Assembly (NCBI GenBank): GCA_016778895.1
Contig: JADHOR010000005.1
Coordinates: forward strand, 33,636-97,635
Direction of reading: 5' to 3'
Length of the DNA stretch: 64,000 nucleotides
Origin: Candidatus Puniceispirillum sp.
Lineage (GTDB): Bacteria; Pseudomonadota; Alphaproteobacteria; Puniceispirillales; Puniceispirillaceae
Shown here one piece after another: positions 40,426 through 49,009 of the stretch. The notes beneath the pieces are model-generated. The model worked only from the letters and a program-made list of their open reading frames with translations, did not search any database and was not told where the DNA came from. Position 1 is the first letter of the stretch; each line of letters starts with the position of its first letter. Position numbers and translations under genes: made by a program.

Positions 40426-41181
40426 ATGAGCTTTGATGTAATAATGCTCATCATCGCTGGTGCGCTTGCTGGTGGTTTTGCCAATGGCCTTGCTGGGTTT
40501 GGTACTGGCCTTTTTGCGCTCGGGTGGTGGCTAGCGGCAATGCCGCCATTAGATGCGGTTGTCACGGTTGTGATCATGTCGTTGGTTGGTGGTTTGCAGG
40601 GCTTGTACGCCGTTCGCAACGCCATTGATAAAGTCGAACAAATACGATTTTTAGCACCGGCATTGGTTGGTATTGTCATAGGTTATTTGCTTTTGGATGC
40701 GGTGAATGTCACGATGCTGAAACTCCTGGTAGCAAGCCTACTTATTTTGTTTGGTGGTTTTTTTACCTTTCGCAAAACCTTGCCAAAATTAACCAAACGT
40801 TATCTTGTGGCCGATATGCTTGTTGGGTTTATTGGTGGTCTCTTTGGTATGGTGGCTGGAATGTCCGGAGCGATTTTAACCATGGGATGCTCACTTTATG
40901 ACTGGTCAAAGGCGCGTCGACGCGCATTGGTACAGCCTTTCAATATGATCGTCTTGGGAACGGTGCTGGTTTTGATGGCCTGGCGCGGGTCAATCGGCCA
41001 GCACATCTGGCTGATTGTTGCGGTGGCCTTTCCATTTTCGATTATTGGCACGCAAACTGGTATTTTTATGTTTCGCTGGTTAAATGATCAGCAGTTTCAG
41101 CGGCTGCTGATATGGTTGATTCTTGCATCGGGTCTTGTTCTTGCAGGACGCGAATTAACTGCTATCATCGTTTCGAGGTAG
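40426..41181 (+). CDS. TauE/SafE (DUF81) family anion permease, copy 3
   Basis: About 251 aa and polytopic (GGFANGLAGFGTGLFALG...). It is divergent from copy 2. The start is ATG 40426 or GTG 40423. Confidence 0.8.
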   Translation: MSFDVIMLIIAGALAGGFANGLAGFGTGLFALGWWLAAMPPLDAVVTVVIMSLVGGLQGLYAVRNAIDKVEQIRFLAPALVGIVIGYLLLDAVNVTMLKLLVASLLILFGGFFTFRKTLPKLTKRYLVADMLVGFIGGLFGMVAGMSGAILTMGCSLYDWSKARRRALVQPFNMIVLGTVLVLMAWRGSIGQHIWLIVAVAFPFSIIGTQTGIFMFRWLNDQQFQRLLIWLILASGLVLAGRELTAIIVSR

Positions 41182-41233
41182 TTTATTAATTGCGTCATTC
41201 CAATGTTTAAAAATTAGTTTCAAGGGTGTTGTG

Positions 41234-43570
41234 ATGACTGAAATGCCGATGGGAAGCCGCGATGATGTTCTAGCTGGAGCTGGCACTGGTGGCACGACTA
41301 GCTCGCCAGTTGCATTTCCCATTCCGGCTGATGAGCTTGGTAATGTCTCGATTACCCCCGACGGTGCCTTTGAGGCGGGAACTTATCAAACATTTGTACT
41401 GACCTACAGGGCGGGTAAATTTGGCATTGATGACTCTGGATCAATGCGCGTTTGTTTTCGGTTTGCTAGTGATCAAACCCGGCCACAATTTGAAGATCCA
41501 GAGGGGCCAAACTACACGACTATTGAGGCGTCAAACAATGCCGTTCTTACGTATCATTATGATCCAAAGGGCAATGTGCGCCCGTGGGATAGAACGCTTT
41601 ATGTGAAAGTTGTACGCGGGTTCTTGCGTGAAGGTGATCAAATTACGATCACTTTTGGTGATCGGTCGGGTGGCTCGCCGGGGATGCGGTTGCAGACATT
41701 CTGTGAAGAGAGTTATGAGTTCCACGTATTGGTTGATCCGATTGCTACCTATTGTTATCAGCCGATGCCCGTTCAACCAGTGATTAAAATTATTCCAGGG
41801 AAGCCTGATCGTTATTTGGCGGTCGCACCAACCATCCGTGCAGTGAATGAGGTGTTTTCAATTAAATTCAAGGGTGAGGACAAATGGGGTAATCCATCAG
41901 ACCAGTGCGATATTGTTTTATATCCACGATCCAGTCATCCTATTAAAGGGCTGCCCGAGAGTGTTAGCCTGAAGCCAGGGTCTTTTTCCGGAGAAATTGC
42001 AGGCCTTTTTGTTGCAGAGGCAGCTGAACTATATGTAGATTTTCTGGATTGGGCAGGTACGGTAATGTGCCGGACAAACCCAATACGGATTGAAGATCAT
42101 CCATTATCCAGACATTTTTGGGGTGACCTTCATGGCCAGTCGGAAGAAACCATAGGCACTGGCAGCGCTGAGGCCTATTTCAGGTTTGCCCGTGATTATG
42201 CGTTTGTTGATGCCACAGGACATCAGGGTAATGATTTTCAGATTACTGGTGATTTCTGGGCTCAGCTCGACCACCTATGCGCTGCGTTTAACGAGGATGG
42301 AAAATTTGTTGCCATCCCGGGCTATGAATGGTCTGGCAATACTGGCCTTGGTGGTGACCGCAATATCTATTTCCCAACTGAAGGGCGAACCATTCGCCGG
42401 TCTTCGCACGCGCTGGTCAGCGATCATTCTGACATAGACACAGACTGTAATTCAGCTGGCGAGTTATTTGCCGCATTTGCTGAGTATGGTGAGGATGATG
42501 TTGTCGTTTACGCACACTGTGGTGGCCGTTATGCAGATATTGAACTGGCCCATGACGGACGGTTTGAAAAATCCATGGAAATTCACTCAAGTTGGGGTAG
42601 TTTTGAATGGCTGGTTCAAGATGCCTTTCGACTTGGATACCGCATTGGCATAGTTGCTAATTCGGATGGGCACAAGGGGCGGCCTGGCGCCAGTTATCCG
42701 GGTGCAGCATTGTTTGGTGCGGTTGGTGGGCTGACATGCTTTTTGACTGATAAATTAAGCCGTGGGGCGATTTTAGATGCGATCCGAAAACGTCACCATT
42801 ACGCGACTACTGGCGGTGAAAATGGCCGACCACTCATCACACTTGACGTAGATTTTCCACAAGGCGGCACAAAATTTCATGACGACCCCCGCCATGGACG
42901 TGACAAAGGTACAGCCGCAAATCAGGCAATCATGGGAGATATAGTTCATCTGCCGGCAGGCGGTGCATCACTCAAGGTTGATATACGAGCTAGTGTGGCA
43001 ATCGAACGTGTTGATATCTTTAATGGTCTAAACTTGATTGAAACCATTCGCCCTTATGCAAAGGAAGACCTTGGCAGTCGTATTCGGGTTATTTGGGAAG
43101 GTGCAGAATATCGTGGCCGTTTCCGGCAGGTAATCTGGGATGGATCAGCTTTTTTGTCCGAAAATGAAATTATTTCGGCGAGCCCAATTAATTTTTTTAA
43201 TAAAGATAAAACGCTGAACCAGCCATCACCAGTTGAATTGAATTGGCGCGCTTTGACTACGGGAAATATTGGTGGGTTTGATATGATGCTTGCCGATCCT
43301 TACAGAGGTACGCTTAAGATCGAAACACCATTGATCAAGGCTGGTGTGCCGCTGGAGGATATCGGTTTTGAGGATGAGGTTTTTGACAATAGCGGCGTGT
43401 TGCCACGCTACCTTAAGCTATTTCGGCTGCCGACAGTTAACCCGCACAAGACCTTACAGTTTGAGCGCGTGCTCTTTCTTGATGGTGATCGAGATAATCC
43501 AATCTTTGTTCGTGTAACTCTGGAAGATGGTACCTTGTGCTGGACAAGCCCAATCTACCTCTATCGCTAG
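41234..43570 (+). CDS. Large protein of unknown function with central PHP/DUF3604-like metal-ligand motifs
   Basis: About 778 aa. The central region has HFWGDLHGQS, ATGHQGNDF, GYEWSGNTGLGGDRNIYF, YAHCGGRY, MEIHSSWGSFEW and VANSDGHKGRPG, which resemble the PHP/DUF3604 metallo-hydrolase pattern. I do not recognise the roughly 290-aa N-terminal region or the roughly 250-aa C-terminal region. I see no signal peptide. Confidence 0.65.
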   Translation: MTEMPMGSRDDVLAGAGTGGTTSSPVAFPIPADELGNVSITPDGAFEAGTYQTFVLTYRAGKFGIDDSGSMRVCFRFASDQTRPQFEDPEGPNYTTIEASNNAVLTYHYDPKGNVRPWDRTLYVKVVRGFLREGDQITITFGDRSGGSPGMRLQTFCEESYEFHVLVDPIATYCYQPMPVQPVIKIIPGKPDRYLAVAPTIRAVNEVFSIKFKGEDKWGNPSDQCDIVLYPRSSHPIKGLPESVSLKPGSFSGEIAGLFVAEAAELYVDFLDWAGTVMCRTNPIRIEDHPLSRHFWGDLHGQSEETIGTGSAEAYFRFARDYAFVDATGHQGNDFQITGDFWAQLDHLCAAFNEDGKFVAIPGYEWSGNTGLGGDRNIYFPTEGRTIRRSSHALVSDHSDIDTDCNSAGELFAAFAEYGEDDVVVYAHCGGRYADIELAHDGRFEKSMEIHSSWGSFEWLVQDAFRLGYRIGIVANSDGHKGRPGASYPGAALFGAVGGLTCFLTDKLSRGAILDAIRKRHHYATTGGENGRPLITLDVDFPQGGTKFHDDPRHGRDKGTAANQAIMGDIVHLPAGGASLKVDIRASVAIERVDIFNGLNLIETIRPYAKEDLGSRIRVIWEGAEYRGRFRQVIWDGSAFLSENEIISASPINFFNKDKTLNQPSPVELNWRALTTGNIGGFDMMLADPYRGTLKIETPLIKAGVPLEDIGFEDEVFDNSGVLPRYLKLFRLPTVNPHKTLQFERVLFLDGDRDNPIFVRVTLEDGTLCWTSPIYLYR

Positions 43571-43585
43571 AGTATAACTCTAGCG

Positions 43586-44434
43586 CTAATGATTCTCACT
43601 TCCATATGTACAGCGCCGCAAATACTCAGTTACTTCGGTGCGGGTGCCGAACTTTGATAATGTGCTGGCGTGAATCGGCTGGCGCATACAGATGGAGATT
43701 GAGTGTCCCATTTTTTTACAGATTTCACGGAACATCAGTGAATAGCCCAATGTGACGCTGACCCTGCGTGCCATCTGGTATAATAGTGTATTCCGTCCAT
43801 CAAAATAAAATGGAATTGTTGTTGTGTTGGGAACTTGTGCCAACTTTGCCGCAAAAGTTTTCCACTCGGCATCAATAGCGTTACCAATGAAGTTGGGCGC
43901 CAGAGAAATCGCTCCAGCTGGAAAAATAATCACCGCGCCACCATCCTTGAGGTGCTTTGTAGCGTCAGCACGGGTTTTCAAATTGCTAGCAAGTGCGGCT
44001 TCAGTTTCATCAAAATCAATTGGCAGAATCTTGTCCATAACTGCGGGTGCCTGGCGCAGAACCCGATGTGTGATGATCTTATAGTCATGCCTTACATTAG
44101 CCATTAACGCGCACAACGCTAAACCATCAATCACCCCATATGGATGGTTTGCAATCGCCAGGACCCGTCCGGTAGCCGGAATTGAGGCGGGAATACCGCC
44201 GATAGTGCTTCGCGTTAGACTAATGGAAATATCCAGCCGTTGAAGGGCATCAGACCAGAAATTTTGGGTTGGTAAATCTTCATTAACATAATCAAAATAC
44301 AATTTACGGATACGAGGCTGCCCGGTAATTTTCTCAATTGACCTGATAAGATGGTTTGAAATTGCACCCATTTCTCCGTTTGAAAACGAAAATATAGGAT
44401 GCGCATCGGTTGGGTGAGGGGCATTCGGTCGCAT
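43586..44434 (-). CDS. Lysophospholipid/PlsC-type acyltransferase family protein (OlsA-like)
   Basis: HX4D acyltransferase motif within ANHPYGVIDG, and a FPAG-type motif in VIIFPAGAIS. No partner N-acyltransferase gene is adjacent. Confidence 0.7.
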   Translation of the reverse strand: MRPNAPHPTDAHPIFSFSNGEMGAISNHLIRSIEKITGQPRIRKLYFDYVNEDLPTQNFWSDALQRLDISISLTRSTIGGIPASIPATGRVLAIANHPYGVIDGLALCALMANVRHDYKIITHRVLRQAPAVMDKILPIDFDETEAALASNLKTRADATKHLKDGGAVIIFPAGAISLAPNFIGNAIDAEWKTFAAKLAQVPNTTTIPFYFDGRNTLLYQMARRVSVTLGYSLMFREICKKMGHSISICMRQPIHASTLSKFGTRTEVTEYLRRCTYGSENH

Positions 44435-44670
44435 GCTCAGAGGATTCCCCTGGAAACCTAATTAATCGAACCAAAAGATAGCATTTTTAAGACGCCATGA
44501 AAGTAACATTCGCTCTTTTGGTATCAAAATTTGAATCAGTCCAGACTTAATTCTGCGAAGAGCGCACTTTGGCAACTGAAATCTAACATTGATGACTGCG
44601 TTGCTTAAAGTTTAAGTGGGGCTTTATATGGTATTTTCTAGAGAGGGTTGCAGCATGAAACGCGACATCA

Positions 44671-45612
44671 TCACAAGTTGCGGATTGGCTGTCCAGCAAT
44701 CATTGCCTCAACTGCTTCTAGTGTTTCGCCGTAAAAAATTTCCATGGTCTCACGCGTGACATAGCCTATATGAGGGGTCATCAAAAGATTGGGTGTTGCA
44801 CGCAAAGGATCATCCGGGGGCACAGGTTCGAGATCATAGACATCAATCGCCGCGCCAGCGATTTGTCCGGTGGCAAGTGCATTGGTCAATGCCTGCATAT
44901 CTATGATAGGGGCGCGTGAGGTATTAACCAAATACGCCTCGGGTTTCATCATTGCCAACTCTTTTGCAGCGACTAGATGGCGAATCCGGTCAGATAATTT
45001 TAGATGAATTGAGATGAAATCTGAAGTTTTGAAGAGGGTACTTCGATCAACATAGGAAACACCGACCTCATTACATCGCTCAACAGTTAGGTTCTGAGAC
45101 CATGCCTGAACATTCATGCCAAAAGCCTTAGCGTAATGAGCAAGCTGTTCTCCAAGTCTGCCAAGGCCCAAGATGCCTAGTTTCGTCCCACGAAGATCAC
45201 GCCCGAGATGTGTTTGCCAGCCGCCATTGCGCATTGAAGTCGCGCTGGCAAAGAGCTGTCGGGCCTGCATTGTAATCAAGCTAAAGGCGAGTTCAGACGT
45301 AGCATGGCCGGGTGAGCTGGTTCCACTTACCATGATGCTCCGGGCTTTGGCCGCATCAATGTCCAGTGCCGCATTTCGCATACCGCTGGTCACAATTCCC
45401 TTTAGGTTTGGGAGCTTATCCATTAAAGCAGCGGTAATGGGGGTTCGCTCGCGCATCATGCAAATGATGTCATAGGGCTGCAAGCGTGCAATAAGCGGAT
45501 CGCCTCTGACAGTGTCATGAAATACGTCAATCTGGACATTTGCACCAAGTTGGCTCCAGTCACAGCTGGATAACGCACAATCAAGCCAGTCATCTAAAAT
45601 TGCCAATTTCAT
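44671..45612 (-). CDS. D-isomer-specific 2-hydroxyacid dehydrogenase
   Basis: 313 aa with the NAD motif LGILGLGRLG and catalytic-region segments NTSRAP, AAIDVY and TPHIGY. Confidence 0.9.
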   Translation of the reverse strand: MKLAILDDWLDCALSSCDWSQLGANVQIDVFHDTVRGDPLIARLQPYDIICMMRERTPITAALMDKLPNLKGIVTSGMRNAALDIDAAKARSIMVSGTSSPGHATSELAFSLITMQARQLFASATSMRNGGWQTHLGRDLRGTKLGILGLGRLGEQLAHYAKAFGMNVQAWSQNLTVERCNEVGVSYVDRSTLFKTSDFISIHLKLSDRIRHLVAAKELAMMKPEAYLVNTSRAPIIDMQALTNALATGQIAGAAIDVYDLEPVPPDDPLRATPNLLMTPHIGYVTRETMEIFYGETLEAVEAMIAGQPIRNL

Positions 45613-45629
45613 TTTTCAAATCTCTATCT

Positions 45630-46733
45630 TTAATTTGGTGACTTTGTGTTAGTTGGAATGAGATTTCGTTTTTGAGCATACGCAACGAGAAAGGGCAGGC
45701 TGATGAATACTAGCATCACTCTTATAGTGTGATGAAACGCAACAAAGGCGACATCAAATCCGAATATCAATGCCAGCAAAGTCACTTCATAGAGGCCGCC
45801 TGGAACAAAGGCGAGAAGCATCATTATGAAATCAATCTCAGTCAAGGCCGCGATTACATAAGCAGTGCCGCCATAGGTCAGCAATATAATGACAGAATTG
45901 ACCGTTGCATCTCGTATATAGCCGGATAGTTCGATAAACGGTACTCGTGCCAGCCGTCCACCAACCGAGCTGCCTATGACTATCTGAGCGATAATAACAA
46001 ACTCACTAATCCGCGGTAACTCGACCCACCCGAGGATATGAAGTAACGAGCTAAAGATCAGAGGTCCGACCAGATGCGGCATTGGGATTCGCAGCAGTTG
46101 TGCCAATGGTAAGCTGAATGTAGCAATCGCAAAAAATGATAGCAGATCTTTTGTTTCGACAGTGTACATGCTTGGCATGGCCAACAGTGCCGTATTTGAT
46201 GCCGCAACGGCTGCTTGGCCCTCCACCAATGCCAGAAGCAAAGGGGTAGAGCAAAACACCAGTGCTACACGTACCAGATGAAAAAGTGCGACTACATAGT
46301 CTTTTTCCACCAGATCGCGGCTCATCGCAGTAACCTCTGCCTGACCTCCTGGAATGCAGCTCAATAGAGCCATAACAAAGCTGTATTTGCGCACTCGAAT
46401 CAGATAGGTAAGGCCAGCTAAGGTCGCGAGAACTGTCGCAAAAATCATTGCCGCAACAGTAATACTAGCCGAACCTATATGTGCTAGAATATCAGGCCGG
46501 AAATTGGCTCCGATCAATGTTCCAAGCCCAAGAATAACCGGCACATGAAGCCAGCGCGGTATGCCAACATGGGTTTGAATTAGTGGCACTGCTGCGCCAA
46601 TAGTCCAGACGCCAAAGAGGCTACCAAGCAGGAAAGGTGCAGGCAAACCGATAAACTGAAACGCGTATCCGTTGCCAAAGGCAATCGATGTGGTTACAAT
46701 GATATTTTGGATATCCGACATCACGGGCCGCAT
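45630..46733 (-). CDS. AbrB-family (duplicated AbrB/AmoA-like) integral membrane protein, putative transporter
   Basis: 367 aa and highly hydrophobic, with two similar halves that each contain a PGG motif (CIPGGQAEV, FVPGGLYEV). It ends 17 nt upstream of the 2-hydroxyacid dehydrogenase start. Confidence 0.7.
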   Translation of the reverse strand: MRPVMSDIQNIIVTTSIAFGNGYAFQFIGLPAPFLLGSLFGVWTIGAAVPLIQTHVGIPRWLHVPVILGLGTLIGANFRPDILAHIGSASITVAAMIFATVLATLAGLTYLIRVRKYSFVMALLSCIPGGQAEVTAMSRDLVEKDYVVALFHLVRVALVFCSTPLLLALVEGQAAVAASNTALLAMPSMYTVETKDLLSFFAIATFSLPLAQLLRIPMPHLVGPLIFSSLLHILGWVELPRISEFVIIAQIVIGSSVGGRLARVPFIELSGYIRDATVNSVIILLTYGGTAYVIAALTEIDFIMMLLAFVPGGLYEVTLLALIFGFDVAFVAFHHTIRVMLVFISLPFLVAYAQKRNLIPTNTKSPN

Positions 46734-46820
46734 GGAAACTCCTTTAGGGGTAGGTGATGTTCGGGCGGTTTAAGCCCTTCATATGAAGTCCGGTTTCATA
46801 ACATCTGGATGGTAAGCAGG

Positions 46821-47534
46821 CTAATCCATATTTTCCTTGTGCCCAGATGCGATGATTTGCAGGCGTGCCTTGACAGCATTTTGTAAATGCGCATGGGCTG
46901 CCAGCTTGGCAGCAGCTGGATCATTTGTTTGAATTGCGTAATTTATCGCATCATGCTCGACACCGATTTCACGCACACGTGCGCTCAGGCTATAAGCAGT
47001 GGGGCCAAGCAGGACCATCAGTGTGCTGAGGCGCTGCAAGGTTTCGATTAGAAAAGGATTATGACTGGCAAGCGCGATGGATTGATGGAACTGCCCGTTT
47101 AATTTGGCCAGTGCTGCTGGATCACTGCCTTCATTTACAAGGTTCGCTTCTCGGGCTCTGATCTCGGCAACAAATTCGCGTTCAGCCGGACTTGCCTGTG
47201 CCGCCGCCAACTCGGCTGCCATCGATTCCAATTCGGCGCGTAACTGGTAGAGAGCGTGAATGTCCTGATAGCCGAGCGTGCGAACCCGCAGCCCGCCATC
47301 ATCCCCAATCGAGAGAATGCCCTCAGCCTTCAGCCCTGCAATAGCCTCGCGCAGCGGAGTACGGCTGACCCCCAGCTTTTGTCCGAGGTCGAGTTCTTTC
47401 AGCCGCGCACCAGGCGCAATGTCACCAGCTGTTATCGCCGCCAGCAGAATATGCCTAATACGCGCGGTCGCTGCGAGATTGTCGCCGTAATTATCCTGCA
47501 CTGCCAGGTCATGTGCCTCCCAGTCTGTTGACAT
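46821..47534 (-). CDS. GntR family (FadR/FCD subfamily) transcriptional regulator
   Basis: wHTH segment LGVSRTPLREAIAGLKAEGIL followed by a helical FCD-type C-domain. It is divergent from tcuA. Confidence 0.9.
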   Translation of the reverse strand: MSTDWEAHDLAVQDNYGDNLAATARIRHILLAAITAGDIAPGARLKELDLGQKLGVSRTPLREAIAGLKAEGILSIGDDGGLRVRTLGYQDIHALYQLRAELESMAAELAAAQASPAEREFVAEIRAREANLVNEGSDPAALAKLNGQFHQSIALASHNPFLIETLQRLSTLMVLLGPTAYSLSARVREIGVEHDAINYAIQTNDPAAAKLAAHAHLQNAVKARLQIIASGHKENMD

Positions 47535-47556
47535 GAACGCCTCCTCTTTCGTATAG

Positions 47557-47576
47557 TGTATGCAAATGTATGCAAT
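47557..47576. promoter_or_regulatory. Tandem 10-bp direct repeat TGTATGCAA(A/T) x2 in the gntR-tcuA divergent region
   Basis: Read directly: TGTATGCAAA at 47557-47566 and TGTATGCAAT at 47567-47576. This is a candidate operator for the adjacent GntR regulator. Confidence 0.35.
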
Positions 47577-49009
47577 ATATCAAGGCGCCCTGCATGTCAG
47601 ATAACAACAGTCAGTCTTTTTTTGAAAAAATTTGGGATATCGTGGTTATTGGTGGCGGCAATGCGGGGGTTTGCGCAGCGATCACTGCAGCTGAACGTGG
47701 GTGTTCAGTATTGGTTATTGAGACTGCGCCACGTGATTTCCGTGGTGGAAACACTCGGCACACTCGAAACCTTCGTTCTGTTCACGATGAGCCAACAGAT
47801 GTCATGTCGGATCGCTACACCTTTGAGGAATATTGGGATGACCTTATGAGGGTCACCAAAGGCGTTACAAATGAGCATCTTGCAAAACTAACATTGAAAA
47901 GTTCACAAGCGTTGATGGAATGGTTGATTGAACGCGGTGTGAGATTCCAGACAGCCTTATCAGGCACATTAAACCTGAACCATACGAATGCCTTTTTCCT
48001 TGGCGGTGGCCGGGCAATGCTAAACAGCCTGTGCCGTCATGCGGAATCGGTTGGGGTGCAATTTATCTATGAAGCTGAAGTAACCGATATTGCGCTTGAA
48101 AACGGCTTTTGTGAGTCGATTGATGTTTTTTGGCAGGGTCAGTCGCATTATATCCGCTGCAAACAGCTTATTACTGCGGCAGGCGGGTTTGAAGCCGATC
48201 TCGATTGGCTGGCCGAGGGCTGGGGAGATGCAGCGAAGAATTTTCTAGTGCGAGGCACGCCCTATAACAAAGGCAGAGTGTTGCGCGTATTGCTGGATCG
48301 GGGCGCACAGCCGGTGGGTGCGCTTGATCAGTGCCATGCAGTGGCGATTGATGCCCGTGCGCCGAAATATGATGGCGGAATTGCCAGCCGCGTTGATGGG
48401 GTTCCATTCGGTGTGGTGCTCAACAACAGCGCTGAGAGATTTTACGACGAAGGTGAGGACTTTTGGCCGAAGCGCTATGCGATCTGGGGGCGTTTGGTGG
48501 CCACGCAGTCGGATCAGATTGCTTATGCCATTGTTGATTCTGAAGGGGTGGAGCGGTTCATGCCTTCGGTGTTTACGCCGATTGTTGATGATACGATTGA
48601 TGGGCTGGCGAGCAAGCTCGGTATTGATCCAATGGCGGCGAAGAAAACTGTTGATGCGTTCAATGCAGCCTGTCCTGCCGGCCCGATTGACCAGATGGTC
48701 CTCGATGGCAAAGCCACAACTGGTCTGACCCCGGAGAAAACCAATTGGTCGGCACCAATTCAAAAGCCGCCTTTTTACGGATACCCCCTTCGACCAGGGA
48801 TCACATTTACCTACATGGGGGTTGCGGTGAATGATCGGGCGCAGGTTTTGATGCAGGACGGCAAACCTGCGGCAAACCTTTTTGCTGCCGGTGAAATCAT
48901 GGCCGGAAATGTTCTCGGCCAAGGATATTTAGGCGGAATTGGCATGACAATTGGCGGCGTCTTTGGCCGCATTGCAGGAGCGGAGGCAGCGCGTGTCCTT
49001 AACCGATAA
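47570..49009 (+). CDS. tcuA: FAD-dependent tricarballylate dehydrogenase TcuA
   Basis: WDIVVIGGGNAGVCAAITAAERGCSVLVIETAPRDFRGGNTRHTRNLR matches the TcuA N-terminus as I recall it, and the gene is followed by tcuB. The start may instead be ATG 47594 (MSDNNSQ...). Confidence 0.85.
   Translation: MQYIKAPCMSDNNSQSFFEKIWDIVVIGGGNAGVCAAITAAERGCSVLVIETAPRDFRGGNTRHTRNLRSVHDEPTDVMSDRYTFEEYWDDLMRVTKGVTNEHLAKLTLKSSQALMEWLIERGVRFQTALSGTLNLNHTNAFFLGGGRAMLNSLCRHAESVGVQFIYEAEVTDIALENGFCESIDVFWQGQSHYIRCKQLITAAGGFEADLDWLAEGWGDAAKNFLVRGTPYNKGRVLRVLLDRGAQPVGALDQCHAVAIDARAPKYDGGIASRVDGVPFGVVLNNSAERFYDEGEDFWPKRYAIWGRLVATQSDQIAYAIVDSEGVERFMPSVFTPIVDDTIDGLASKLGIDPMAAKKTVDAFNAACPAGPIDQMVLDGKATTGLTPEKTNWSAPIQKPPFYGYPLRPGITFTYMGVAVNDRAQVLMQDGKPAANLFAAGEIMAGNVLGQGYLGGIGMTIGGVFGRIAGAEAARVLNR

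Noticed and set aside
43567-43583. Perfect palindrome CTAGAGT-ATA-ACTCTAG spanning the stop codon of the DUF3604-like gene, between convergent genes
   Set aside because: The stem is only 7 bp and AT-rich, and there is no T tract on either strand. That is too weak to call a bidirectional terminator.
48245-48922. 225-aa minus-strand ORF, plus other nested ORFs, inside tcuA
   Set aside because: It is antisense to a gene with a clear TcuA signature. The composition (R, N, H and I rich) is not protein-like, and it has no start context.
48951-48992. ORF-track start of tcuB at 48951, overlapping tcuA by 59 nt
   Set aside because: GTG 48993 has a GGAGG 6 nt upstream, and the conserved TcuB sequence begins after it. 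The longer form is probably an upstream extension.
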